A stretch of 64,000 nt of DNA from Prochlorococcus sp. AG-388-B05 (GCA_003279925.1 QCGM01000008.1:6037-70036), one strand, 5' to 3'. Counted from the stretch's first letter, positions 7,653 through 16,872 are shown. Made by a program: numbers and translations. The notes: a model not told the origin generated them from the letters alone.

Positions 7653-8276
7653 TTGGATAATAGACTTTTCTTTCCTGCAACTGAGAGAAATAAAGATTCT
7701 ATAGCAGAAGTATTATCAAGAATTCTTCTAAAAAGAGGTTATATTTTAGAAATTGGTAGCGGTAGTGGAGAGCATGCAATTAAATTTCAAAAATGTTTCC
7801 CAGAATTAACTTGGCAATCAAGCGATCCGAAACTAATTCATAGAGAGAGTATTAGTTCTTGGATTGAGCATGAAGAATTAAATTTTATAATGCCTCAACC
7901 TTTAGATATTGATGTGGAGAAAATTCCTTGGGAAATACCATCTGAATTACTGCACTCTATTCAAGGAATAATATCTATCAATATGATTCATATAACAGCC
8001 TGGAACTGTACAAAATCACTGTTTAACGAATCGGGCAATTTATTAAAAAATGGACAATTTTTGATGTTGTATGGGCCATTTAAAATAGGAGGTAAGCACA
8101 TTAGTCAAAGCAATGAATTATTTGATATTTCCTTAAAAATGCAAAACCAATCTTGGGGTGTTAGAGATCTAGGAGAAGTTAGTGAAGAAGCTAACAAGAA
8201 TGATTTCATCGAAGAGGAGCTTATTCGTATGCCTGCTAATAACTTTTCGGTAATTTACAGGAAAGGATCTTTATAA
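7653..8276 (+). CDS. DUF938-family class I SAM-dependent methyltransferase
   Basis: 207 aa. PATERNKDSI...ILEIGSGSGEHAIKF...WQSSDP matches the DUF938 N-terminal signature and SAM motif I. It appears to use a TTG start. Confidence 0.7.
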   Translation: MDNRLFFPATERNKDSIAEVLSRILLKRGYILEIGSGSGEHAIKFQKCFPELTWQSSDPKLIHRESISSWIEHEELNFIMPQPLDIDVEKIPWEIPSELLHSIQGIISINMIHITAWNCTKSLFNESGNLLKNGQFLMLYGPFKIGGKHISQSNELFDISLKMQNQSWGVRDLGEVSEEANKNDFIEEELIRMPANNFSVIYRKGSL

Positions 8277-8394
8277 AGGGATTATGAATAATTTTTTTCT
8301 GTAAAGTTTTTATAAATTAAAAATTCATCAATTCAAATTACACATTTATTAATTTATATAATTATTTTTCAGGAGTTTTAATATCTTCTAAAAA

Positions 8395-8583
8395 TTATAT
8401 TGATAACTGTTTGCTCCATTCTTTATGCTTCGCATCTAAGTCTGATACTTTATCTCCTAAACTTAATTGCTTTTCTAATAATTGCACTTTGGTAAGTGTT
8501 ACTTCCTCAGAATAAAACTTGATTGGTTGCTTACCGTGTAGGTTGTCTCCGCTCATAACTACAAAAATAGAATTAATTTCCAA
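8395..8583 (-). CDS. hypothetical protein (62 aa)
   Basis: Track ORF only; no recognisable motif. Confidence 0.3.
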   Translation of the reverse strand: MEINSIFVVMSGDNLHGKQPIKFYSEEVTLTKVQLLEKQLSLGDKVSDLDAKHKEWSKQLSI

Positions 8584-8677
8584 CTAAGTATTTAGGATAA
8601 AAAAGACTCAATTTCTAATTCTTTTATATTATTTTCAGATTTGCGTAAATTAATGTGATATTAGATTAGTTTCAAAA

Positions 8678-8729
8678 AGTTGTTTTAATAAGTTGCTTTA
8701 ATAAGTTGCTTTAATAAGTTGTTTTAATC
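8678..8729. repeat. 4 x 13-bp tandem repeat AGTTG(Y)TTTAAT(A/C)
   Basis: Direct reading: agttgttttaata agttgctttaata agttgctttaata agttgttttaatc. It overlaps the last 6 codons and the stop of the desaturase gene. Confidence 0.85.
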
Positions 8730-9889
8730 TTTTTTTTGTAAGAGGATTGCCAAATATATCTTCCTTCATCGACATCTGATTTAACCGCAATACAATTACA
8801 AGCAATATTCCATAAAGCTTTATGTATTGGATCGGGATTAAAAAGATAGGCTTTATTGAATGCTTTTCTTATTTCAAGAGTAGCCTTGGTAGCATGATAG
8901 TGCGGAATAGTTGGGCATACATGGTGAACTACGTGGCTTGAACCAATATTATGATGAAGAATATTAATAATCTTCCCATAAGGCCTATCAATGGAAAGAA
9001 AGGCTCCTCTCATAAAAGAGAATTCTGAATTAGAGAGGTGTGGAACGTCTGAATCTGTATGGTGAAGCCAAGTATATATAACTAACCAACAATTAACTAC
9101 TAATAAGGGGCCAACATACATCCCAATTATTGGAAAGAATCCGTATTTGATAATAAAAATAATAAGTCCAACTATTACTGCAGCTACACCAATATCTGAA
9201 ATCCAAACTTTTTTAGCCCATATAGCAGGCCACAATGTTTTAGAAAAAGGTTTTCTTGGCCAAAAATGATTTGAAGTTCCATATTTGAGCCCACCTGTAC
9301 TTCCAGATAATAAGTAAGCAGGCCAACCAAAAATAAGATGTAGAACTAATTGTAGAATTCCATACTTAGTTTTGCCTAATTTACTTGAGAAAGATAGTTC
9401 CTTTTCACCTCCAACTTTTTCGCTAATTCCATTCCCATCAATAACTATGGGCACGTGAGTTTCTCCATTAGTTATATGATTGGTGAAACGATGATGGACT
9501 GCATGTGAACGTTGCCAAGAGAAATACGGAACTAATAATAATGAATGTAGTAAATATCCAGTAATGGTTTCCAAAGTTTTATTTTTTGAGAAGGCTCCAT
9601 GACCACATTCATGGGCAATTACCCAAAAACCCATAGCAGTGGTTCCTGATAAAAGTGCATAAAGGATCCAAATCGGGATCATTCTTTGACTAAAAGGAAT
9701 TGTTAATCCTATTGCGATAACAATTGCCTGAATAATGATTGATTGTAAAAGATAGCCTAATGAAGTTATTGTTTGAGATTTAAAGCAGTTATTTGGAATA
9801 ACACTTTGAAATTCTTTCATGCTTGGAATATCACTCATCTTTATTTCAAGTGCTTGACCTTTAAGGCCAGAAAATTTAATATCGCTCAA
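8711..9889 (-). CDS. membrane fatty-acid desaturase, Delta12 (DesA)-like
   Basis: 392 aa. Three His boxes are present: HECGHGAF, HAVHHRF and HVVHH. The TM pattern is typical of acyl-lipid desaturases. Confidence 0.85.
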   Translation of the reverse strand: MSDIKFSGLKGQALEIKMSDIPSMKEFQSVIPNNCFKSQTITSLGYLLQSIIIQAIVIAIGLTIPFSQRMIPIWILYALLSGTTAMGFWVIAHECGHGAFSKNKTLETITGYLLHSLLLVPYFSWQRSHAVHHRFTNHITNGETHVPIVIDGNGISEKVGGEKELSFSSKLGKTKYGILQLVLHLIFGWPAYLLSGSTGGLKYGTSNHFWPRKPFSKTLWPAIWAKKVWISDIGVAAVIVGLIIFIIKYGFFPIIGMYVGPLLVVNCWLVIYTWLHHTDSDVPHLSNSEFSFMRGAFLSIDRPYGKIINILHHNIGSSHVVHHVCPTIPHYHATKATLEIRKAFNKAYLFNPDPIHKALWNIACNCIAVKSDVDEGRYIWQSSYKKKIKTTY

Positions 9890-10083
9890 ATTTTTATGGG
9901 TTAGGATTTAGTTTTTAATAAATTTTACTTTATATAATTTATTATCCATCAAAGACTCTTTTTATGAAAGTAATATGTAGTCTCAAATGTTCAAATAGTA
10001 TTAATTTGGGCAAGTTTTTGAAAATTAACAAACATTTTTAAATCTTCATAAGTTATAAATTATTAGTAAATAATTTATAACAA

Positions 10084-10215
10084 TTATTTTATGGCAATCA
10101 ATAAAACTAAATATAGAAATAAAGTAGAAGTAATCGCGAAGGCAGAAAGAGGTAAGATTAGACCTGTATTTAACCATCTAAAAAATCTAATTTTTCTGTT
10201 AATTACTTTTACCAT
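10084..10215 (-). CDS. micro-ORF, single-TM peptide (43 aa)
   Basis: MVKVINRKIRFFRWLNTGLILPLSAFAITSTLFLYLVLLIAIK. Confidence 0.3.
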   Translation of the reverse strand: MVKVINRKIRFFRWLNTGLILPLSAFAITSTLFLYLVLLIAIK

Positions 10216-10313
10216 TATTTAAAATGAGCTAATCCAAACTTATTTGAGCACTAAGGCTACAACAAATAAACTTAATAAATTTCAATAACAAACAAATATT
10301 TCATATTTCTAAT

Positions 10314-10952
10314 TTAGAATAAGTTCATCTGATTAGTAGGCTTTTTATTAATTTCTTCTGATATCCATCCAGAAGATGACCATCCCAACATTATGGGGAT
10401 TAACCCTTTTAATTCATGAGCATCCTTAACCTGTTCAGTCCATTGTTCTTCGTAACCATCAGGAACAATAACTGGCATACGATGATGTAAAGGTTTCACT
10501 AAATCATTTGGTTCAGTTGTTAAAATACAGCAACTTTCTAACTCTGCTCCATCAGGTGAAGACCATTTGCTCCAAATCCCTCCTAACCAAAAAGTTTCAT
10601 AATTCTCTTTCCTAATACGATAAGTTTTTTCAAAAAAACCACTTGCTGGTATTAAACATCTTTTATGTTTCCAACTTCCACTAAATAATTTTTTCTCTTC
10701 CACAGTTTCTGATCTTGCATTAAAGGGTCTGGGTCTTGCCTTATCAAAAGGATCTTTAGCCCAAGGTGATATAAAACCCCATGACATAAAAGTTGTCTGA
10801 ATTTTTCCTTCATTTTTAATTACAAGGACTGGATCAGTAGGTCTAATTAAATTCTGTATCTCGTATTTATTATCAAGCCCTCTTGGATAGTCTTTTTTTA
10901 AAACTTTTGGTAACTTATCAAATTTAGTTTTAAGTTCAAATCTTCCGCACAT
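10314..10952 (-). CDS. SOS-response-associated peptidase (SRAP/YedK, abasic-site processing protein)
   Basis: 212 aa. It begins MCGRF (catalytic Cys2) and has a C-terminal PLHHRMPVIV motif, both characteristic of the family. Confidence 0.85.
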   Translation of the reverse strand: MCGRFELKTKFDKLPKVLKKDYPRGLDNKYEIQNLIRPTDPVLVIKNEGKIQTTFMSWGFISPWAKDPFDKARPRPFNARSETVEEKKLFSGSWKHKRCLIPASGFFEKTYRIRKENYETFWLGGIWSKWSSPDGAELESCCILTTEPNDLVKPLHHRMPVIVPDGYEEQWTEQVKDAHELKGLIPIMLGWSSSGWISEEINKKPTNQMNLF

Positions 10953-11005
10953 ATTAAATATTAGTGTTTGGGTTTTAAATTTTATTGGAAATTTATTTGA
11001 TTGAT

Positions 11006-11683
11006 TTAAAATCCTTTATATAACTTTAAATAATAAATAATTTCTGATAACTCATTAACTTTTTGAATCTTTTCTTGGTTAAATTCATTTATTAATTTAT
11101 TTAGTATCTCATTATCTTTAGAAAAAAACATTAAATTACATTCCGCTTTTAGTCCTGAGATAGATCCTGCATATGAGTCTTCTATAACCCAAGATTTTCT
11201 TGGATCTACATCCAATATTTTTAAAGCTCTCAAATAGGGATCAGGTGAAGGCTTGCCATTAGAAATGAACTTATCATCTCCAAGAACCTTTGTCTTGAAT
11301 AAATTTAGCCAGGGATTTACAGAGCTTTTGATTTTAAAACTTTCACTACTACTACTTGTTACTAAAGCAATAGGTAAATTTGTATTTATACAAAAATTGA
11401 TTAATTCTATTGCTCCCTTAAAAGGTTTTGCATTAGTGAGTACTTCATCTACTTTTGATTTTTGAATAATGAGTAATTCTTCTAATGAGCCTTCTTTATT
11501 TATCCATTTAAGGACTTTTTTTGCACAATCTATTCTCCTTCTTCCTTTTAATTCTAATAATTTATCGATTGATAAAGAGTGATTATATTCTTTTGCGGTT
11601 TTACTCCATGCATTAGCTAGTAATGGTTCTGTATCTAATAGAACACCATCTAAATCAAAAAGAATTGCTTCTGGGAATTCCAT
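11006..11683 (-). CDS. HAD-superfamily hydrolase (beta-phosphoglucomutase/CbbY-like subfamily IA)
   Basis: 225 aa. Motif I is ILFDLDGVLLDTE, with a later VTSS and a GKPSPDPY...EDS motif. Confidence 0.8.
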   Translation of the reverse strand: MEFPEAILFDLDGVLLDTEPLLANAWSKTAKEYNHSLSIDKLLELKGRRRIDCAKKVLKWINKEGSLEELLIIQKSKVDEVLTNAKPFKGAIELINFCINTNLPIALVTSSSSESFKIKSSVNPWLNLFKTKVLGDDKFISNGKPSPDPYLRALKILDVDPRKSWVIEDSYAGSISGLKAECNLMFFSKDNEILNKLINEFNQEKIQKVNELSEIIYYLKLYKGF

Positions 11684-11794
11684 CTTTGTTGAAATATTTT
11701 AGATAAAATCTTTATTTAATATAGTCTTTTTTCGTTTCGGTATTTAATTACTTTTTGTCTTTCAACAATAATGTTTTAGAAATTTGGATTAATT

Positions 11795-11926
11795 TTATAA
11801 GCCACGAACGTATCTTTTAGGGGGCAATGATTGCTTACGTGGCTTTACTAATATTGGCAAAATAATAACTCCGACAGTAAAAACACATATTGGAGCAACA
11901 ACCATGAGTATAGATTCTAGAGACAT
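11795..11926 (-). CDS. micro-ORF, single-TM peptide (43 aa)
   Basis: MSLESILMVVAPICVFTVGVIILPILVKPRKQSLPPKRYVRGL. Confidence 0.3.
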   Translation of the reverse strand: MSLESILMVVAPICVFTVGVIILPILVKPRKQSLPPKRYVRGL

Positions 11927-12120
11927 TAATTTATTTTCAAATTTCTCTTACTAATAGCAGTATTTATTTTTTAAGTCATGCGTATATATATCTAATAAGG
12001 CTATATCTTTACAACTTTTTATATTGTTAAGGAAAAGCGAAAAAAAGATTAAATATGAGAAGTTCTTTAGATTTATATCCTAAATAACACCTAGTAAATT
12101 TTAATTGAGGAATTATTTTT

Positions 12121-12267
12121 ATGAATCAAGATAAAAAATGGATGTTAATGACTTACTACTGTCCAACTCATGGTGATGCAGGAAAAGTAGAACCTATACA
12201 AGTGACAAGGCAAGAAATTTACAGCAAAATATATGATAAAACTAAATCTAAAAAGGAAATTAAATAA
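12121..12267 (+). CDS. hypothetical small protein (48 aa)
   Basis: MNQDKKWMLMTYYCPTHGDAGKVEPIQVTRQEIYSKIYDKTKSKKEIK. Confidence 0.3.
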   Translation: MNQDKKWMLMTYYCPTHGDAGKVEPIQVTRQEIYSKIYDKTKSKKEIK

Positions 12268-12309
12268 CCTAAATTTTCAAAAACAGGTAAGTAAAGCTTG
12301 ACAGGGATA

Positions 12310-12321
12310 AGTATAAATACT
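12310..12321 (+). promoter_or_regulatory. exact 12-mer AGTATAAATACT (copy 2)
   Basis: Intergenic. It is preceded by TTGACA (12298-12303) and by GTAAGTAAA about 22 nt upstream, as in copy 1. An ATG lies 20 nt downstream. Confidence 0.35.
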
Positions 12322-12340
12322 TTTAATACAGTGTATCTTA

Positions 12341-12430
12341 ATGGACCAAAACGTCCGATATGCTTTAGTTCACCCCATCATTACTCTAGTCAAAGGAGGT
12401 GGTTTGAGCATTTTAAGGAGACTGCATTAA
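12341..12430 (+). CDS. 29-aa micro-ORF or structured sRNA
   Basis: MDQNVRYALVHPIITLVKGGGLSILRRLH. The segment is locally GC-richer and contains AAAGGAGGTG. An imperfect long stem pairs GCTTTAGTTCACC with GGTGGTTTGAGC. Confidence 0.25.
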   Translation: MDQNVRYALVHPIITLVKGGGLSILRRLH

Positions 12431-12570
12431 AGTTTACATATATTTAAAGGGAACGCATTTGTTTATTGCAAAGTAAGTAATAATAAATTTGAAAAATTAA
12501 CCTATAGAGGTTTAAGTTAATTTTGTAACTAAATCGAAGATCTTAAGTTTCTCAAACCAAAAAATTAAAT

Positions 12571-13455
12571 TTATAATTTGTTTTTTGATAATTTATTAGA
12601 GTCAATTATTTCCCATGCTTCTGAAGCTGTATCAGCATATTTAAAAATTTTTAAATCTTCTTCACTAATAAGTCCGAAATCAGCAAGGAAGTCAAAATTA
12701 ATTAAATTATTCCAATATTTTCTTCCAAATAAAATTATTGGAATTTCACTTTTCATTCCTGTTTGACGAAGAGTTAATAATTCAAATAATTCGTCTAATG
12801 TCCCAAATCCTCCAGGGAAAAAAACAGCAGCAACAGAACGCATTACAAAATGAATTTTGCGTAATGCAAAATAATTAAATTTAAAACAAAGTCCTGGAGT
12901 TATAAAAGAATTTGGGAATTGTTCATTCGGTAACTGTATGTTTAAACCAATAGACTTACAGTCTGCTTCAAAAGCGCCTCTATTAGCCGCCTCCATAATT
13001 CCTGGTCCACCTCCTGTCACTATTACATGAGAATTGCATTTATCATCTTGATTATTTATTGAAGCTAGTTTTGAAAATTCTCTTGCGGATTCATAGTAAT
13101 GACTCATAGAAAGTAAATTTTTTAACTTGTTAAATTTATTTTTTAATTTAATAGATTGAGGACATTTTTCTAATAAGTTTTTTACTTCTTCGATTTTGCT
13201 CTGAGCTGATGATTCTTCGACAATTTTTGCACCTCCAAAAACGATAATAGTTGAGATGATATTTTGTTCTTCTAGTACTAATTCAGGCTTAGTTATTTCT
13301 AGCAGCATCCTTACACCTCTCATTTCATCACTTCTAAGCAAATTAAGATCTTCCTGTGCAAGTTTGTAGGAATTTGAATCAAGAATTAAATTTAGATTTT
13401 TTTCTCTTTTATCAGTATTATTGAGCTTATTGAAGTCGTTAACATTATTAATCAT
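12571..13455 (-). CDS. LOG-family (TIGR00730, lysine-decarboxylase-like) Rossmann protein, long form
   Basis: 294 aa. It carries the GGGPGIMEAANRGA and PGGFGTLDELFE signatures. Confidence 0.8.
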   Translation of the reverse strand: MINNVNDFNKLNNTDKREKNLNLILDSNSYKLAQEDLNLLRSDEMRGVRMLLEITKPELVLEEQNIISTIIVFGGAKIVEESSAQSKIEEVKNLLEKCPQSIKLKNKFNKLKNLLSMSHYYESAREFSKLASINNQDDKCNSHVIVTGGGPGIMEAANRGAFEADCKSIGLNIQLPNEQFPNSFITPGLCFKFNYFALRKIHFVMRSVAAVFFPGGFGTLDELFELLTLRQTGMKSEIPIILFGRKYWNNLINFDFLADFGLISEEDLKIFKYADTASEAWEIIDSNKLSKNKL

Positions 13456-13495
13456 GGATTCAAGAATAAATATATTTTTTTCTGTACCTATTTAC

Positions 13496-13645
13496 CTATT
13501 CATCTAAATCGCATGTCAATTCACATTGATTCAGTTCAGAAGCAGAAATTCTATCCAAAATTCTCAGCATATCAATTTCAGAAAGATCTCCATTAGAGTC
13601 CCACTTTAGAGTTGTTTTTCTTTGAAGAGAATGTCTTTTATTCAT
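13496..13645 (-). CDS. small acidic protein (49 aa)
   Basis: MNKRHSLQRKTTLKWDSNGDLSEIDMLRILDRISASELNQCELTCDLDE. GGAGG lies 8 nt upstream of the ATG. The start overlaps the upstream ORF by 8 nt, and the LOG gene starts 40 nt downstream. Confidence 0.45.
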   Translation of the reverse strand: MNKRHSLQRKTTLKWDSNGDLSEIDMLRILDRISASELNQCELTCDLDE

Positions 13646-13796
13646 TTTTATTTCCTCCCTTAAGATGAATTTCTACACATTTAGTAATACATTCTTGATG
13701 TCCATCAACAATGCTGCATTCACTAATGCATTCAAAATATGAATCTATGGTATCTTTTGCTGTTATTTGATTCGAAGAAAAAAACAATTCATCCAT
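13638..13796 (-). CDS. small Cys-rich protein (52 aa)
   Basis: MDELFFSSNQITAKDTIDSYFECISECSIVDGHQECITKCVEIHLKGGNKNE, with the pattern C-x3-C ... C-x3-C. Confidence 0.45.
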   Translation of the reverse strand: MDELFFSSNQITAKDTIDSYFECISECSIVDGHQECITKCVEIHLKGGNKNE

Positions 13797-13994
13797 AATT
13801 TTTGTCCTTTAATATGGAATGAGATATAGCATGACTTTAAAAAATAAATTTCCCTTTGTTAAGAAAATTGGGATAAATAAGTATTAGTTACTAGTCTTAA
13901 GATTTGATTTTATAAAAAGGTAAAATCTATGTCCCCACCAAGTTTTTTTGGATCTATTTAATACTTAAAAACTTAATCTTAGTAATTTAAATTT

Positions 13995-14213
13995 TTACTT
14001 TTTCGGTTGATTCTTTAGTAACTTCTCTGATTTAGATTTATAACTATCTGGGTCCCAATCTTGTTGGATATCTTTAATGAAATCAAAAATAAATTCATTA
14101 GGACATTCAAGTTCTTTGTGAAGATCCTTTAATTTTTGATGTATATATTTTTTAGTGCAATAAATTAATCTGTCTTTTTGATAATTTGTAGGCTGCCATT
14201 TTTTGTTGTACAT
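13995..14213 (-). CDS. hypothetical protein (72 aa), paralog of 20407..20598
   Basis: The C-terminal half ...ECPNEFIFDFIKDIQQDWD aligns with NCPEEDIESFLIFISKQWD of the other ORF. Confidence 0.45.
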   Translation of the reverse strand: MYNKKWQPTNYQKDRLIYCTKKYIHQKLKDLHKELECPNEFIFDFIKDIQQDWDPDSYKSKSEKLLKNQPKK

Positions 14214-14310
14214 AAAGATTATTTCCTCTTTTCTATTCTTATATTCTTCTTAGTGATATTAAAAAGTAAATCAGCATAAAGACTGATTTACTTTTGAAAA
14301 ATTTCGTTAG

Positions 14311-14493
14311 ATGATAAGAATGTACTTTTTAGATTTTCAAATGAGATCAATTATGAATTGGCTTTCTAAAATGTTAGAAAGCATGGCAAATGCTTTTATT
14401 CATCCTGTTAAAAATGATTTACCCCCATCTATTGGAGCTCACGCTTACAGTAGCATTCCTCTAAAAAGGAAAATGAGAAGAAGACTCAGCTAG
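14311..14493 (+). CDS. hypothetical small protein (start possibly at the ATG at 14353)
   Basis: Track ORF; convergent with the desaturase 3 nt away; no motif recognised. Confidence 0.3.
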   Translation: MIRMYFLDFQMRSIMNWLSKMLESMANAFIHPVKNDLPPSIGAHAYSSIPLKRKMRRRLS

Positions 14494-14496
14494 TAT

Positions 14497-15603
14497 TTAA
14501 TTAATTGGAATTAGATTCTCGTTCTTGCTGTCCCAAATAATGTATCTAAAACAATTTGGGAAATCACTTAGTTTGAGAACTTTTGATTTTTGCAGTAAAT
14601 GTAAATTTGCTTTATGACAAGCTCTTAAATTGTAATTAGGAATTCTTTCGGATAGATGATGAATGCTATGGAAAGAAATGTCAGCTAAAAACCAGTTTAA
14701 CCAATTTGGGATATCTAAATTGCTACTGCCAGAAATAGCACCTTCGACAATATCCCAATTTGTTGTATTACTTGCATATGCATTTTCATAGTTATGTTGT
14801 ATAAAAAAGATGCATATGAAAATTGCTGCTGAAAAAGTTAATATTAGTGAATAAAAACTTAAGAAAAAAGCAGCTCCTAACCATTTAGACATAATTATCC
14901 ATCCACTTATCACAATAATATTGTTTGCTATTAGATCAAATAATTCATCAAAATTATCTCCATAGTCAGAGAAAGGCGGCTTAATTCTCGATTGAATATT
15001 TAAAAGTCCTAAATAATTTCTTTGTTTTAATTTAATAAAAGTTTCTTGCATTATTGATTTTACAAAATTAAGAATAATTAGAATTAACCCTAATCTAGCT
15101 TTAATAACTAAATAAAAGAAACCACCAGGAAAAAGCATTAACCAATGTCTACTTACCTTATAAATAAGTTTTTCTCTTTTATTAAGAGCCTCATAATCTT
15201 CTAGGCTTAAAACATCTACAGGACCTTTGTAAATTTCCCAATTCCCATTATTCCTATGGTGGAATGCATGGTCATTAGCCCAAGGTTTATGAGGTATCCC
15301 ATTTAATAAACCCAGACAAAAGCCAAAGAAGTTATTCAAAGAACGTTTTTCAAATAAGGAATTATGCCCGCAATCGTGCATTAATGAGAATGTTCTAGAA
15401 GATAAGAGGGTAAGAAAAAAAAGAATGGGAATAAGTAAAAACCCTTTTGTAATTTGTAAAAGAGGAGAATATACAATTTTAGAGACAATAAACCAAAGAG
15501 AAATTATCGGTATAAGAGTAGTTATTAACTGATAACAAGCTTTGAAATTATTTCTTTTAAGAAATGGCTTTAATATAAAATCTGACCTCTTGATTTTATT
15601 CAT
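14497..15603 (-). CDS. membrane fatty-acid desaturase, divergent DesA-like
   Basis: 368 aa. His boxes are HDCGHNS, HAFHHRNNGN and HSIHHL. Confidence 0.8.
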   Translation of the reverse strand: MNKIKRSDFILKPFLKRNNFKACYQLITTLIPIISLWFIVSKIVYSPLLQITKGFLLIPILFFLTLLSSRTFSLMHDCGHNSLFEKRSLNNFFGFCLGLLNGIPHKPWANDHAFHHRNNGNWEIYKGPVDVLSLEDYEALNKREKLIYKVSRHWLMLFPGGFFYLVIKARLGLILIILNFVKSIMQETFIKLKQRNYLGLLNIQSRIKPPFSDYGDNFDELFDLIANNIIVISGWIIMSKWLGAAFFLSFYSLILTFSAAIFICIFFIQHNYENAYASNTTNWDIVEGAISGSSNLDIPNWLNWFLADISFHSIHHLSERIPNYNLRACHKANLHLLQKSKVLKLSDFPNCFRYIIWDSKNENLIPIN

Positions 15604-15729
15604 ATAAACTTTTCTTTAATCCTCTTTAATTAGGATAGCTTAGTTATTATTTATCGTGGCAAAGTTTTCAATTTGCCGATATATGAAAACTATAGCCAAT
15701 ACTTCGTTATTGATTCATTTGATTGGAAT

Positions 15730-16725
15730 TTATTTTATAGAATTACCCATATCTATTAAAGTTTTTTCTAATGAAATAGGTTCCCAATTATATATAGAAA
15801 TAGTTTCCGTAATATCAGCGCCATAAGATCCTCTATTAACCATGGCAGCCATACTTTTCATCTCTTTATTAAATGGTGCTAGAGAATTTATCATTTTTGT
15901 AGGGATAAAGTTTTGAGGTGCTTTCTTGTAGCCATTTTTTCTTAAAATATTAGAAATTTCCATAATATTGATCCCTTCAGGAGAAGTCGCAATTATTCTT
16001 TTATTATCACTTTGGTTTTTTCTAAGAGATTCGACATGTAACTTGGCGACATCTCTTACATCTACGACAGTAAAATATGCATCTGGTAGTGCTGGAAATT
16101 TACCATTAATCATTTTTGAAATAAGTTCTGCCGAAGCACCATCAGTATCATCACTTAGTAGTGGACCAAAAACCATCCCAGGATGAATAGTTGTCATTGA
16201 AAAAGAGTGTTCATTGTCATTATGAATAAAATCCCATGCAGCTTTTTCTGCAATTGTTTTACTTTTTACATATGCACCAACGTTTTTTGTTGTATCTGTC
16301 CAATCTTCAGGCGAGCATAACTGCTTGTCATGCCCATACGCAATTGCAGCCATAGAAGAAGTTAGGACAACTTTCTTGACTTTAGAGGAATTTTTTGAAG
16401 CATTCAAAGCTCTTAAAGTTCCCTCTACTGCAGGATTGATAAGAATAGATTCCTTTTTTGGCTCTTCGATAGTAAAAGGAGATGCAACATGAAGAAGATA
16501 ATCACAATCAGAGGCTGCCTCATCCCATCCCTCATCATCTAGAAGGTCAAGTTTACAAAATTCCAGCTTATGATTATTTGAATCTTTATCAAGAGATTTT
16601 CTTACTTCATCTTCTCTATTCATGTTTCTTAGAGATCCTTTGACAAGATAACCTGCTTTTATTAGCTCATGTATGCAATGAATAGCAATAAACCCAGATG
16701 CACCAGTAACTAAAACTTTTTCCAA
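15730..16725 (-). CDS. NAD(P)-dependent epimerase/dehydratase-family reductase (extended SDR, aldehyde/flavonol-reductase-like)
   Basis: 331 aa. The N-terminus has VLVTGASGFIA, followed by a YxxxK (YVKSK) catalytic motif. Confidence 0.8.
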   Translation of the reverse strand: MEKVLVTGASGFIAIHCIHELIKAGYLVKGSLRNMNREDEVRKSLDKDSNNHKLEFCKLDLLDDEGWDEAASDCDYLLHVASPFTIEEPKKESILINPAVEGTLRALNASKNSSKVKKVVLTSSMAAIAYGHDKQLCSPEDWTDTTKNVGAYVKSKTIAEKAAWDFIHNDNEHSFSMTTIHPGMVFGPLLSDDTDGASAELISKMINGKFPALPDAYFTVVDVRDVAKLHVESLRKNQSDNKRIIATSPEGINIMEISNILRKNGYKKAPQNFIPTKMINSLAPFNKEMKSMAAMVNRGSYGADITETISIYNWEPISLEKTLIDMGNSIK

Positions 16726-16872
16726 AATAATTTTGTTTTATTCTTACTTTTATTATGATCTATTAGTCTGCACAAAAAATACAAAGGTATTTTATTTATA
16801 TAGTTTTTAGAACTTTATTTTCAACATAAGTATTTAAGAATTTAAAAACTAAAGAGTTGCTTGAATATTATT

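Noticed and set aside
8678-8729. Possible CRISPR-like array.
   Set aside because: The units are 13 bp, contiguous and without spacers, and no cas genes are present. It is a simple tandem repeat.
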